Source of the DNA: Gammaproteobacteria bacterium
GTDB taxonomy: Bacteria; Pseudomonadota; Gammaproteobacteria; Natronospirales; JANNEA01
Direction: 5' to 3'
Length of the DNA stretch: 41,805 nt
NCBI GenBank assembly: GCA_031388175.1
Contig: JANNEA010000188.1
Coordinates: forward strand, 1 to 41,805
The notes beneath the pieces were generated by a model. It was not told where the DNA came from. It worked only from the letters and a program-made list of their open reading frames with translations, and did not search any database. The first letter of the stretch is position 1. Each line of letters opens with the position of its first letter. Positions 17,249-28,341 of this stretch are shown here, in pieces. The position numbers and the translations under genes are program-made.

Positions 17249-19027
17249 TCAGTAGGTGAAGATCAGGTTGGCAAGCACGGAGAACGGGGTCTCATCCTCG
17301 TACAGCGCGGTGTAGCCGTCCCCCGGCAGCAGCGCCGCGGCGCTCAGGCGCAGCACGATGTTCTGGCTCATGAACGGCCGGTAGATCATCGCCACGGAGA
17401 CGTCCTCGCCGATGTGATCAGGGATGTTCGCCTGCGCCCGCGCCACCTCGAGCGTCGCGGTATCGTCGAACCATAGCGCGGACAGGTTCGCCGTGACGCG
17501 GAGTTTCGGCGTGAGGTCGAGATCGACGCCACCGCCGATCATCTTCAGGCCCGGGTTGGTGAAGTTCGACTGGCCGTGGTCCTTCGACGAACGCAGGTCG
17601 TTGAGGATGCCGTTGCGGCTGGACAGCGTGACCTTGCCGCCGCCGATTAGCGGCACCGCCTGCCGCACCCAGAAACTGGTGTCGGCGCCGGCCAGCAGCG
17701 GGTTCTCGAACACCGCGTCGTAGCCCTCGGCCTTGCCGTCGAAGGGATCGCCGTCGCCGGTCGCGTAGGCGCCGTGCAGGCGGTAGCGCACCCAGTCCGA
17801 GTCGTAGCTGAGCTCACCGGCGAGGAAGCCGGCCTGGATCTGCGACGGCGTGCCGGTGAATATCCCGGCAGTCTCGTCGCCGACGGCGACGTACGCGGAC
17901 ATGGTCAGGCCGAAGCGCCCGGCGCGGCCATCGCCGTTGTAACCGAGGTAGGTCACGTCGTAATCGCGCGGCCGCTGTTGTCCGAGCGCGACCGGCCGCT
18001 GCAGGAAGCCGTTCTCGTCGTAGAACGGATCGTCCGACTCGCGGTTCATGTCATGCAGCACGATGAATTGCGAGGTGAATCCCGGCGCGAGCGAATCCTG
18101 CCAGAAGAGGCTGGCGACGATCAGGTCCTCGTCACGCGGTTTGGCGCCGACGTCGTTGAGCCCGCTGTTGGTGTCCTTCTCGAGGCGGCGGAACCACGCA
18201 AGGTTGTACTGGACGCGGTTGTTGGCGCGCGTGCCGAACAGGCGGATACCGAACGGCGAGTCCTGGAACAGGAAGCCGCGGAAGTCAGCGTTGAACGGCT
18301 GGATGCCGACGCGCAGCGAATCGAAGTCGAAGCGCTCCGAGACGTTGCGCAGGTGCCAGTCGAAGAACAGCCCCTGCACGCCGAAGTGCTGGTCGCGACG
18401 GTAGGTGCCGGCGGCCGGGTCGGCGTTGAGCAGGCCGACCTCCTCCACCTCGGCGGTGTTGAGGTTGAGCACTGGGATGAAGCGGAACTCGAAGTCCGGC
18501 GGACGGAAGGTGGTGTCGCCCTCGAGCAAGGCGAACTCGAAGATCAGCGTGGTGCTGGTGACCAGCTGCTCGGCCGCGCCGAACACATCGTTCGCACCGG
18601 GCCCCGAACTGCTCGCGCCGCCGACCGGCGTTGGCAGCCGGCGCGGCTCGATCACCACGTCGGCAGTCGCGCCGAGCACCACGAACCACTCGTCGTGCAC
18701 CGGCCGGTCGCCTTTGAGCGTGTTCTGGTTGTAGGGGTCGTACCAGCGCTCGTTCACGCCGATCGACTCGACGATGCGCCAGCGGTCGGGCACCGGCATG
18801 GGCAGCGCGTCCTGCACCGGCGGACGCGGCGTGGGCGCGCACGGCGAAGGCACAGTCGGTGCTTTCGGCGCAGTCGGGCGACCCGGGCGACGGCGCGCGT
18901 CCTCGCTCTCGACCGCCACCGGCGCGCAGGTCGGATCGTTCGGCGGTGACGGAATAGGCGCCGGCGCCGCGGCCGCAAGCCCAGGCAGCAGCAGCATCAA
19001 CAGCAGTGCGCTGCGTTCACTTGCCAT
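17249..19027 (-). CDS. Outer-membrane beta-barrel (porin-like) protein
   Basis: Signal peptide, Pro-rich linker, alternating amphipathic strands, C-terminal aromatic residue (ANLIFTY). Confidence 0.75.
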   Translation of the reverse strand: MASERSALLLMLLLPGLAAAAPAPIPSPPNDPTCAPVAVESEDARRRPGRPTAPKAPTVPSPCAPTPRPPVQDALPMPVPDRWRIVESIGVNERWYDPYNQNTLKGDRPVHDEWFVVLGATADVVIEPRRLPTPVGGASSSGPGANDVFGAAEQLVTSTTLIFEFALLEGDTTFRPPDFEFRFIPVLNLNTAEVEEVGLLNADPAAGTYRRDQHFGVQGLFFDWHLRNVSERFDFDSLRVGIQPFNADFRGFLFQDSPFGIRLFGTRANNRVQYNLAWFRRLEKDTNSGLNDVGAKPRDEDLIVASLFWQDSLAPGFTSQFIVLHDMNRESDDPFYDENGFLQRPVALGQQRPRDYDVTYLGYNGDGRAGRFGLTMSAYVAVGDETAGIFTGTPSQIQAGFLAGELSYDSDWVRYRLHGAYATGDGDPFDGKAEGYDAVFENPLLAGADTSFWVRQAVPLIGGGKVTLSSRNGILNDLRSSKDHGQSNFTNPGLKMIGGGVDLDLTPKLRVTANLSALWFDDTATLEVARAQANIPDHIGEDVSVAMIYRPFMSQNIVLRLSAAALLPGDGYTALYEDETPFSVLANLIFTY

Positions 19028-20990
19028 CGCAGACCTGCTGTTCGTTGCTGGCGAGGAACGGGGTCTGCGGGCATTGCACGAAGCGCAGCCGCACGCCTTG
19101 CGGCGTCAAGTTGTCGCTGCGAATCGCCGTCGGTGCGTTGCCGAAGGTGCCGGGCGCGAGCGCCGCGGCGGTGTGCAAACCAAGGAAGGCGACCATGTCG
19201 TCCTGGTCCACGCCATCACCCGACACGCCGATCGCGCCGACCAGTTGGCCCGCGCGGTAGATCGGCACACCACCAGGGAAGACCTGCAGGCCATCGGCGA
19301 GCTGCGTCAGCCCGCCGCATTGGCGTGGTGTGTCGGGCGGGACGCCGGCCCCGATCACATGCACCACGTGCTGGATGATCTCGTTGTAGCTGAGGTCGAG
19401 CTGCAGGCCGGTGGCGAACGGGCTCCAGGTGGCGATCGGACGGCTCAGCGGCCCCGCGGCACCCGGGATGCCATCGGGATAATAAGGACGCGCTAGGTTG
19501 CCGATCGCGCGCGCGCTGTAGGCCACCGAACCATCGAGCCCGGTCGGCTGCGCGGTGAAGGATTGGAACGCGGTCACGTAGTCCGCGATCTGCACAGTGT
19601 CGGCGACCAACGTGCCGTCCGGCGTGAGGTGCTGCGCGTCGGGCGCGCCGTTCAGCAGCGTGGCGGCGTCGCTCCGTGCGAACAGCGCGGCGCTGCGTGC
19701 CTTCTGCACTGCGACGTCCACGCCGAACACGGGCGCATCACCGTTGCGCACCAGACCCAACAGGTTCCCCGCGCTGTCCACCACCGCGATGCTCACCTGT
19801 GCCCGGGTGCCGAGCGGCAGCCGGATCTGCGCGCGGGCGCGGGCGGCGATGCCCAACGCTTCGCTGAGGATTGAATCCACTTCCGGCGCAGTCAGCGCGA
19901 TCAGCGGCTCGCTGCCTGCGGCCGGCGGGTAGCGCGGTGCATCCACCGCATCGACCAGCACGAAGGCATCGAGACCGGGGAAGGTCACGGCATCGGCGCG
20001 CACGCCGGAGGCCGCAGTGCCGTAGGTGGTGCCGGCATGCACCAGACCGTCGGCGTAGCCAGCGACCACCTGCAGCGCGCCGTCGGCCGGTGTCAGGGTG
20101 GCGAACGCCGGCGCGGTGGCGGGGTCGCTGGCGAAGTCCGCGGCGCGCGCGTCGGTGAAACGCAGCGCGCGGCCATCCGCAGTGATGCGGTCGGCAACCC
20201 GCGCATCGGGCGCCGCGAACCCCGAGCTCGCGGCCAAGGCGACCTGCTCGTCGAGCGACTGATCGCGGTCGGTGACATCGAGGTCGAGACCGTAGACCGC
20301 GTCGGCAATCACGCCCACGCCGCCGACCACGACCCCACTCTTATAGAGGGGGAAGCCGCCGGGGTCCGCAGCCAGGCCGAGCGGCGAGCGCTTCGGTCCG
20401 ACCGTGCCGTCGACGTCGCGTGCCGACACATCGGAGCACGGCAGCGAGCTGAACTGCACGCCGAACAGCGGACCGGCCAGCGCGAAGGATTCCTGCGGGT
20501 TGAAGTGCTGCTGCACGATCTGCGAGGCGGTGCGCGTGCTGAACGCGTTGCCCTCGCTCGAGAGATAGGCTGCGGTGACTGCCTTGGCGATCGCGGCCAG
20601 CGCGTCGGGCACGATCTGCAGGCTGTCGAGGCCGGCATTCACCCCACGCCCGGAATCGATGGTGACCTGGGTGGCAGCGCCGCTCATGCGGTAGACCGCG
20701 AGCACGTTGCCCACGCGATCGACCACCGCGATGCTGCCATTGGCGCTGCGTGCATTCGCCTCGTGCACCGCCTGGGCGACGATCGTCTCGACCTCGGCGA
20801 CGCTGAGCGCCTGGCCGGTGAGGAAACAGCTGCCACTGCAGCTCGGCTGCGTGCTCGGCGGCGCGCCGCTGGCGAGCGGCTGGCCGTCGCCGCACGACAC
20901 GAGGACCACGATGGTGCACACGGACGCGCTCAACGACGCAAGACAGCGCGCCCTCGTCCGCCGCGAGCCACGCGCGCTCGTTACCTCCAA
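19017..20990 (-). CDS. GlcG/HbpS-like heme-binding lipoprotein with repeated domains
   Basis: Lipobox LVSC; IAVVDRVGNVL and IAVVDSAGNLL; GGFPLYK..VVGGVGV; GGVPIYR..VGAIGVSGDGVDQDD. TTG start is uncertain. Confidence 0.8.
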   Translation of the reverse strand: MEVTSARGSRRTRARCLASLSASVCTIVVLVSCGDGQPLASGAPPSTQPSCSGSCFLTGQALSVAEVETIVAQAVHEANARSANGSIAVVDRVGNVLAVYRMSGAATQVTIDSGRGVNAGLDSLQIVPDALAAIAKAVTAAYLSSEGNAFSTRTASQIVQQHFNPQESFALAGPLFGVQFSSLPCSDVSARDVDGTVGPKRSPLGLAADPGGFPLYKSGVVVGGVGVIADAVYGLDLDVTDRDQSLDEQVALAASSGFAAPDARVADRITADGRALRFTDARAADFASDPATAPAFATLTPADGALQVVAGYADGLVHAGTTYGTAASGVRADAVTFPGLDAFVLVDAVDAPRYPPAAGSEPLIALTAPEVDSILSEALGIAARARAQIRLPLGTRAQVSIAVVDSAGNLLGLVRNGDAPVFGVDVAVQKARSAALFARSDAATLLNGAPDAQHLTPDGTLVADTVQIADYVTAFQSFTAQPTGLDGSVAYSARAIGNLARPYYPDGIPGAAGPLSRPIATWSPFATGLQLDLSYNEIIQHVVHVIGAGVPPDTPRQCGGLTQLADGLQVFPGGVPIYRAGQLVGAIGVSGDGVDQDDMVAFLGLHTAAALAPGTFGNAPTAIRSDNLTPQGVRLRFVQCPQTPFLASNEQQVCDGK

Positions 20991-21077
20991 CGCATCTCTC
21001 CCCCCGAAATGACCGATGCGCCCGAGCGTAGGCTAAACTGCCCAAAGACGCACACGCAGCCCTGCCATCGGAACCCA

Positions 21078-23483
21078 ATGGCCGACGCCAAGCACGCCGA
21101 CTTCAAGATCGCGATCGTCGGCGCCGGACCCGGTGGCCTTTCGGCCGCAGCGCAAGCCGCGGCCGCCGGCATCCCGCACGTGCTGCTCGAGAGCACGCCG
21201 GCCCTCGCCAACACGATCCAGCGCTACCAGAAGGGCAAGCACGTGATGGCGGAGCCGTCGCGCCTGCCGCTGCGCAGCCCCTTGCCGTTCGAGGTCGGCA
21301 CGCGTGAGCGCGTGCTCGAGCGCTGGGCCGAGGGCGCCAAGAGCTCGAAGATGAACCTGCGCTACAAGGCCGAGGTCGCGGCGATCACCGGCGCCATCGG
21401 CGCCTTCCGTCTCGAGCTCAAGGGCAAGGAGACGATCACCGCCGAACGCGTGGTGCTCGCCATCGGCCTGCAGGGCAACCCGCGCAAGCTCGGCGTCCCC
21501 GGCGAAGAGCCGCGCACCGTCCACTACACGCTCGACGACCCCGCCGACCACAGCGGCGAGACCATCATCATCGTTGGTGCTGGCGACGCCGCGATCGAGA
21601 ACGCGTTGGCGCTGGCCGAGGCCAACAGCGTGGTGCTGGTGAATCGCAAGGACGAGTTCTCCCGCGCCAAGGAGGGCAACCTCACTGCGATCCTGCGCGC
21701 GATCGAGAAGCGCCAGATCGAATGCTTCTACAACGCCAGCGTGGCCAAGATCGTCAGCGGCCGGAACAGCAGCGGCAAGCCCTGCATCGTCACGCTCAAC
21801 ACCGCGCGCGGCGCCGCCGAGCTGCCCACCGATCTCATCATCGCCCGCCTCGGCGCGGTCGCGCCGCGGGCCTTCGTCGAGGCCTGCGGCATCCGCTTCC
21901 CCAACGACGAGCCGGATGCGATCCCGCTGCTCAAGCACAATTACGAGTCGAACGTGCCGGGGATCTACGTGATCGGCGCGCTCGGCGGCTATCCGCTGAT
22001 CAAGCAGTCGATGAACCAGGGCTACGAGGTGGTCGAGCACATCCGCGGCAACCGGGTGAAGCCGGCCGATCACGACCTGCTGGCCGAGAAGTTCGCGGTG
22101 CTCGGCGCCAACACCGAGGTCAACATCACGCTCGCCAACCTGCAGCGCGCGGTGCCGTTGTTCTCGCACGTGAATCCGCTGCAGTTCCGCGAGCTGATGC
22201 TCGAGAGCACGGTGCACCGGCCGGCCGCCGGCAGCGTGGTGTTCGAGCACAACGACTACACCAACACGCTGTACGCGATCTTCAGTGGCACGGTCGAGGT
22301 CAGCGCTGGGCCCAAGCGCATCCCGATCAAGCGCGGCAGCTTCTTCGGCGAGATGGGCCTGCTCAGCGGCCGGCGCCGCACTGCGACCGTGCTGGCCGGC
22401 GAGGATTGCGTGCTGGTCGAGGTGCCGCGCCGCACCATGAACAAGCTGATCGCGTCGAACACCCAGGTGAAGCGCCTGATCGACGAGGCCTTCATCGCCC
22501 GCGCGGTGCAGTCGCGGTTCGCGCCGAACACGCCCGACGCGGTGCTCAAGCAGGTGGTGGCCGGGGCCCAGCTGCACACCTACCCCGCCGGCGCGGTGGT
22601 GTTCAGCGAGGGCGACGACGGCGATCGCCTGCATCTGGTGCGCTCCGGCTCGCTCACCGTGTCGCGCCAGAGCCGCAACCGCGAGGTGGTGGTGTCGTAC
22701 GTGCCGGCCGGCAAGTACGTCGGCGAGATGGGCCTGCTCGGCGGCACCAAGCGCAGCGCGACGGTGCGGGCCGCGGTCGCGACCGAGACGGTCAGCATCG
22801 ATGCCGCCGGTTTCGCGCTGCTGATGCAGCACGAGCCGGGCCTGCGCGAGCAGATGCAGGCCGAGATGCGCCAGCGCCTGGCGGCCAACGCGCGGATGGA
22901 GGCCCAGCCCGACACCGGCGACATCCTCTCGTTCCTGATGGCGCAGGGGCTCGGCGAGGCCACTGACGTGCTGCTGATCGACGAATCGCTCTGCGTCCGC
23001 TGCGACAACTGCGAGACCGCCTGTGCCGAGACCCATCAGGGCACGTCGCGCCTCGACCGCGAGGCCGGCCCGACCTTCGCCAACGTGCACGTGCCGACCT
23101 CCTGCCGGCACTGCGAGCACCCGCACTGCATGAAGGAGTGCCCGCCGGACGCGATCCATCGCTCGCCCAACGGCGAGATCTTCATCGCCGACAACTGCAT
23201 CGGCTGCGGCAACTGCGAGCGCAACTGTCCCTACGGCGTGATCCAGATGGCCAGCGTCCCGGCGCCGCAGCCGCCCATCTGGCAGTGGCTGCTGTTCGGC
23301 CGCGGTCCGGGGCCCGGCGAGCACAAGGACCCGAACGCCGACCCGCTGGCGACGAAGAAGGCGGTGAAGTGCGACATGTGCAGCGGGCTAAAGGGTGGCC
23401 CGGCCTGCGTGCGCGCCTGCCCGACCGGCGCCGCGATCCGCATCCGACCCGAGCGCTTCCAGCAGCTCGGCGACGCCGACTGA
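21078..23483 (+). CDS. FAD/NAD(P)H oxidoreductase (TrxB-like) fused to two cNMP-binding domains and a 4x[4Fe-4S] DmsB/NrfC-like domain
   Basis: GAGPGG, GAGDAA; FFGEMGLLSGRRRTATV, YVGEMGLLGGTKRSATV; CVRCDNCETAC, CRHCEHPHCMKECP, CIGCGNCERNCP, CDMC..PACVRACP. Confidence 0.9.
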   Translation: MADAKHADFKIAIVGAGPGGLSAAAQAAAAGIPHVLLESTPALANTIQRYQKGKHVMAEPSRLPLRSPLPFEVGTRERVLERWAEGAKSSKMNLRYKAEVAAITGAIGAFRLELKGKETITAERVVLAIGLQGNPRKLGVPGEEPRTVHYTLDDPADHSGETIIIVGAGDAAIENALALAEANSVVLVNRKDEFSRAKEGNLTAILRAIEKRQIECFYNASVAKIVSGRNSSGKPCIVTLNTARGAAELPTDLIIARLGAVAPRAFVEACGIRFPNDEPDAIPLLKHNYESNVPGIYVIGALGGYPLIKQSMNQGYEVVEHIRGNRVKPADHDLLAEKFAVLGANTEVNITLANLQRAVPLFSHVNPLQFRELMLESTVHRPAAGSVVFEHNDYTNTLYAIFSGTVEVSAGPKRIPIKRGSFFGEMGLLSGRRRTATVLAGEDCVLVEVPRRTMNKLIASNTQVKRLIDEAFIARAVQSRFAPNTPDAVLKQVVAGAQLHTYPAGAVVFSEGDDGDRLHLVRSGSLTVSRQSRNREVVVSYVPAGKYVGEMGLLGGTKRSATVRAAVATETVSIDAAGFALLMQHEPGLREQMQAEMRQRLAANARMEAQPDTGDILSFLMAQGLGEATDVLLIDESLCVRCDNCETACAETHQGTSRLDREAGPTFANVHVPTSCRHCEHPHCMKECPPDAIHRSPNGEIFIADNCIGCGNCERNCPYGVIQMASVPAPQPPIWQWLLFGRGPGPGEHKDPNADPLATKKAVKCDMCSGLKGGPACVRACPTGAAIRIRPERFQQLGDAD

Positions 23484-24370
23484 TGCAGCGCCTGCACTTC
23501 TCCTTCCTCGAGTACCGCCGCAGCCGCTTCCTGTGGGTCGCGGTGCTGATCACCGTCGCGGCGCTGATCGCCTATGCGCGCGACGACGCCGGCGAGCCGC
23601 CGAGCGGCGGCACCACGCTCGGCTACGCGCTCGGCATCCTCGGCGCGCTGCTGATCCTCTGGCTGCTCGCCTATGGCCTGCGCCGTCGCAGCTACCACGC
23701 GAGCTGGACCACGGCGCAGGGCTGGCTCTCGGCCCACGTCTACCTCGGCCTCGCGTTGGTGGTCATCGTCACGCTGCACACCGGGTTCCAGTTCGGCTGG
23801 AACGTGCACACGTTCGCCTACGCGCTGCTGTTGCTGGTGGTGGCGAGCGGCTGCTGGGGCGTGTGGGCCTACCTGCAGCTGCCGCGACTCATCACCGACG
23901 CGCGCGGCGGCCTGACCCGCGCCGACATGGCGCAGCAGATCCTCGAGCTCGACCGCCGTGCGCTCACGCTTGCGCGCGCGGTGTCGATGGACGTGCACCG
24001 CTGGGTCTCGAGCGCGATCGAAGGCGCGCGCACCTCGGGCGGCGCCTGGGCCCAGCTGCGCGCCAAGGACATGTCGACCATGGTGATCGATCGCAACGGC
24101 ACCGCGGCGAGCGTGCCGAACGTGGACCAGTACACGCTCACCGAGCTGCTCGCCGACCTGACCTCGCGCGCCAGCGACGCCAAGCTCGCCAGCCAGCTGC
24201 AGGACCTGCTGGCGCTGGTCAGCGCGAAGGTCACGCTGATGCAGCGCATGCGCCGCGACCTCCGGCTGCAGGGCCTGGTCGAGATGTGGCTGCTGTTCCA
24301 TGTACCGCTGTCGCTGGCGCTGCTGGCAGCGCTGATCGCCCACGTGTTCGCCGTCCTCTACTACTGGTAG
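23483..24370 (+). CDS. Polytopic membrane protein, ferric-reductase-like, probable heme-b ligands
   Basis: TGATG coupling with the upstream gene; transmembrane helices with His in WLSAHVYLG, TLHTG, WLLFHVPLS and IAHV. Confidence 0.75.
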   Translation: MQRLHFSFLEYRRSRFLWVAVLITVAALIAYARDDAGEPPSGGTTLGYALGILGALLILWLLAYGLRRRSYHASWTTAQGWLSAHVYLGLALVVIVTLHTGFQFGWNVHTFAYALLLLVVASGCWGVWAYLQLPRLITDARGGLTRADMAQQILELDRRALTLARAVSMDVHRWVSSAIEGARTSGGAWAQLRAKDMSTMVIDRNGTAASVPNVDQYTLTELLADLTSRASDAKLASQLQDLLALVSAKVTLMQRMRRDLRLQGLVEMWLLFHVPLSLALLAALIAHVFAVLYYW

Positions 24371-24376
24371 CCCGGG

Positions 24377-26074
24377 ATGCGCGCACGCATACGCCACGTC
24401 ACGCGGGCCGCAGGCGGCGGGCTCGAACGTCGCGACATCGACACCACGCGCGACATCATCAGCATCGGCCGCGCCACCGACCAGACGATCTACCTCGCCG
24501 ACAAGCGGGTGGCGCTCAACCACGCCACCATCACCGCCCAGGCCGATGGACGGTTCCGCATCGAATCGCTCGCGTTCGGCGGCGTGAGCGTCAACGGCAA
24601 GATCAAGCGCGCCGCGGTGCTCGACGTCGGCGACCGCATCAGCATCGGCGGCTATGAGCTCACGATCGTGGGTGCGCCGGCCGGCTGGGACCTGGTGCTC
24701 ACCGTCGAGCAGGTCGACGTGGTCCAGATCTCGACCGGCAAGGAGAACGCCGGCTTGAGCACCACGGCCTGGAGCCGCCGCCGCCTGTCCTGGATCCTGT
24801 TCACCGGCACCCTGCTGTTCACGCTGGCGCTGCCGCTGCTGCAGCCGGGCAGCACGGGCCACGACGCGACCACGCGCATCGGGATGCCGAGCACCGCGGC
24901 CTGGTCGCCGGGGCCGCTGTTCCCGGCGCATTCGCTGCTGGCCAAGGACTGCGCTGCCTGCCACACCGAGCCGTTCGTGGCCGTCGCCGACGCCGCCTGC
25001 CTCGCCTGCCACGCGCAGGTCCCGGCCCACGTGCCCAAAGGCCATCCGACCACGCGCGAGCTCAGCGACGCGCGCTGCACCGATTGCCATCAGGAGCACA
25101 AGGAGCCGCGCCAGCTGGTGGATGCGCGCCAGCGCATCTGCGCCGAATGCCACGCAGACCTGAGCGCGCACCCCGGCATCAGCACCGCGCTGCGCGATGC
25201 CGCTGACTTCGGCAACGCACATCCCGCGTTCGCACTCACGCAGTGGGTACCGGACGGCCATGGCGAGGCGACGAAATGGCGCAGCGTGCGCGATCCGGAC
25301 GACACGGCCACGCCACGCGAGCGCTCGAACCTGAAGTTCACCCACAAGCTCCACCTTGCACCGACCGGGATCAAGGGACCGGATGGCAAGCCGAAGATCC
25401 TCGCCTGCGCCGACTGCCACCGCGGCGATCCCGCCGGTCGCCTGATGTTGCCGGTGCGGATGGAATCCGATTGTCGCGAGTGCCACAAACTGGTGTTCGA
25501 CGCCAACGCGCCAACCCGCGAGGTGCCGCATGGCTCGCCGGCACTGGTGCAGATGACGCTCGAGGAGTTCTACTCGCGCCAGTTCCTGAACGAGGCGATG
25601 GATGCGGTCGCCGGCGGCAAGGCCGCGCGCGACGCGCGCCGTCCGGGCCGCGCGATCGAGCTCACCCCTGCGCAGCGCGCACAGGCTGCTGACCGCGCGC
25701 ATCGTCAAGCGCAGACGGTAGCAGGCGACCTGTTCGAGCGTCGCGCCTGCGCGAACTGCCACGAGATCATCAAGACCGATGGCGCCGACGCCGACGGCCC
25801 GCGCTACGACGTGGAGCCAGTGCGGCTCACCACGCGCTGGATGCCGAAGGCGGCGTTCTCACACCTGACGCATCGTGACGCCGAGTGCGGCCTGTGCCAT
25901 CGCGCCGCCGGATCGGAGGTCGCACAGGACGTGCTGCTGCCGACGATCGAGGACTGCCGCGGCTGCCACGCCGGCGACACCGGCCTGGGTCGCAAGGGCC
26001 AGCGCATCGTCAGCGGTTGCATGATGTGCCACGGCTTCCACGTCACCGGCACCGGCGCGATGGCTGACCAGTAG
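24377..26074 (+). CDS. FHA domain - TM - decaheme cytochrome c3-like protein
   Basis: ISIGRA..VALNHA..GVSVNG..LDVGDRISIG (FHA); TM WILFTGTLLFTLALPL; 10 CXXCH. Confidence 0.88.
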   Translation: MRARIRHVTRAAGGGLERRDIDTTRDIISIGRATDQTIYLADKRVALNHATITAQADGRFRIESLAFGGVSVNGKIKRAAVLDVGDRISIGGYELTIVGAPAGWDLVLTVEQVDVVQISTGKENAGLSTTAWSRRRLSWILFTGTLLFTLALPLLQPGSTGHDATTRIGMPSTAAWSPGPLFPAHSLLAKDCAACHTEPFVAVADAACLACHAQVPAHVPKGHPTTRELSDARCTDCHQEHKEPRQLVDARQRICAECHADLSAHPGISTALRDAADFGNAHPAFALTQWVPDGHGEATKWRSVRDPDDTATPRERSNLKFTHKLHLAPTGIKGPDGKPKILACADCHRGDPAGRLMLPVRMESDCRECHKLVFDANAPTREVPHGSPALVQMTLEEFYSRQFLNEAMDAVAGGKAARDARRPGRAIELTPAQRAQAADRAHRQAQTVAGDLFERRACANCHEIIKTDGADADGPRYDVEPVRLTTRWMPKAAFSHLTHRDAECGLCHRAAGSEVAQDVLLPTIEDCRGCHAGDTGLGRKGQRIVSGCMMCHGFHVTGTGAMADQ

Positions 26075-26084
26075 CGTGGTCCGG

Positions 26085-26116
26085 AGAAAAGAGAAGGCCG
26101 GCTTGCGCCGGCCTTC
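26085..26116 (-). terminator. Rho-independent terminator (for the ialB-like gene; possibly bidirectional)
   Basis: GAAGGCCGGC-TTGC-GCCGGCCTTC stem (26093-26116), followed by TCTTTTCT on the minus strand. Confidence 0.8.
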
Positions 26117-26139
26117 ACATCGATCCCACTAGGCGTGGA

Positions 26140-26844
26140 TCACTTCTTGGGGGCGGGAGCCTTGGCAGCGGGCGCCGTGCCTGCCTTCTTCATGAGCGCG
26201 TCGAGGCCCTTGCTGAACCCCTTGAGCTCGAGCTGCATCGGCAGGTAGCCGTGTTGGACCTGCTTGTCCTGCGTGGTCTGACGCGCGCCGATCGAGATCG
26301 TGGCGCCCGGTGCCTTGGCATCCTTCGCGACCGCGGCCTCGGCCGCACGCGCAGCGTCGAGGAACTCCTTCTCGAGCGCCACCGGCAGCGTGTTGCAGCC
26401 CTGCTGGTTGCAGGTCAGGAACTGCACCACGACGTCCTTGTGGCCGGGGACCTTGATCATCGGCGCGGGCTGCAGGAACGCGCCCAACGGCGTGTGCATG
26501 ATCAGCACCGGGTTGTCGTTGTTCACGGGTTTGACGATGCCGACCGTCATCACCAGCTGCGGCTTGGCGGCGGGATCGGCCGGCTGACCCTCGGCGGGTT
26601 GCGGCCGGGTGACGAACACGTAGTCGAGCTCGCAGACCTCCTGCATTGCGCCGTCCGGCGTGCGGCAGTTGAGGCGCCAGTTGTCGAACTGGTTCGGGTC
26701 GGCAGCCTTCTCGTCCTTGGCCGCAGCCTTGGATCCCTTCTTCTCCTTCTCTGCCTTGTCCTTCGCGGGCGCGGCGGCCGCCGACAGCGCGCTGAGCGCG
26801 AGCGTTGCGGCGGCGAGGAGGGCCATCAAGTTCTTGATCTGCAT
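26140..26844 (-). CDS. Invasion associated locus B (IalB) family exported protein
   Basis: Signal peptide; FDNWRLNC..C, TPLGAFL, FLTCNQQGC, LKGFSKGLDAL. Confidence 0.8.
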   Translation of the reverse strand: MQIKNLMALLAAATLALSALSAAAAPAKDKAEKEKKGSKAAAKDEKAADPNQFDNWRLNCRTPDGAMQEVCELDYVFVTRPQPAEGQPADPAAKPQLVMTVGIVKPVNNDNPVLIMHTPLGAFLQPAPMIKVPGHKDVVVQFLTCNQQGCNTLPVALEKEFLDAARAAEAAVAKDAKAPGATISIGARQTTQDKQVQHGYLPMQLELKGFSKGLDALMKKAGTAPAAKAPAPKK

Positions 26845-26916
26845 CCGTATCTCTCCATGTCTCTAGGGGAATTCGAGGGGGGGGTTGAAGGGGCGTCACT
26901 CTAAACGATACCGGGG

Positions 26917-28281
<1,365 letters not shown>

Positions 28282-28341
28282 CGGCGCGCAGTATACGCGC
28301 CGCATCGCAGCGCCGGGTGTTGCCGACCGCTCATCTGGCCT

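Noticed and set aside
20037-21077. N-terminal 347 aa of the 1148-aa ORF
   Set aside because: Antisense to the lipoprotein gene; the Rossmann motif begins just after ATG 21078
20991-21077. CRP/FNR site in the divergent promoter of the redox cluster
   Set aside because: No TGTGA-N6-TCACA or TTGAT-N4-ATCAA match visible
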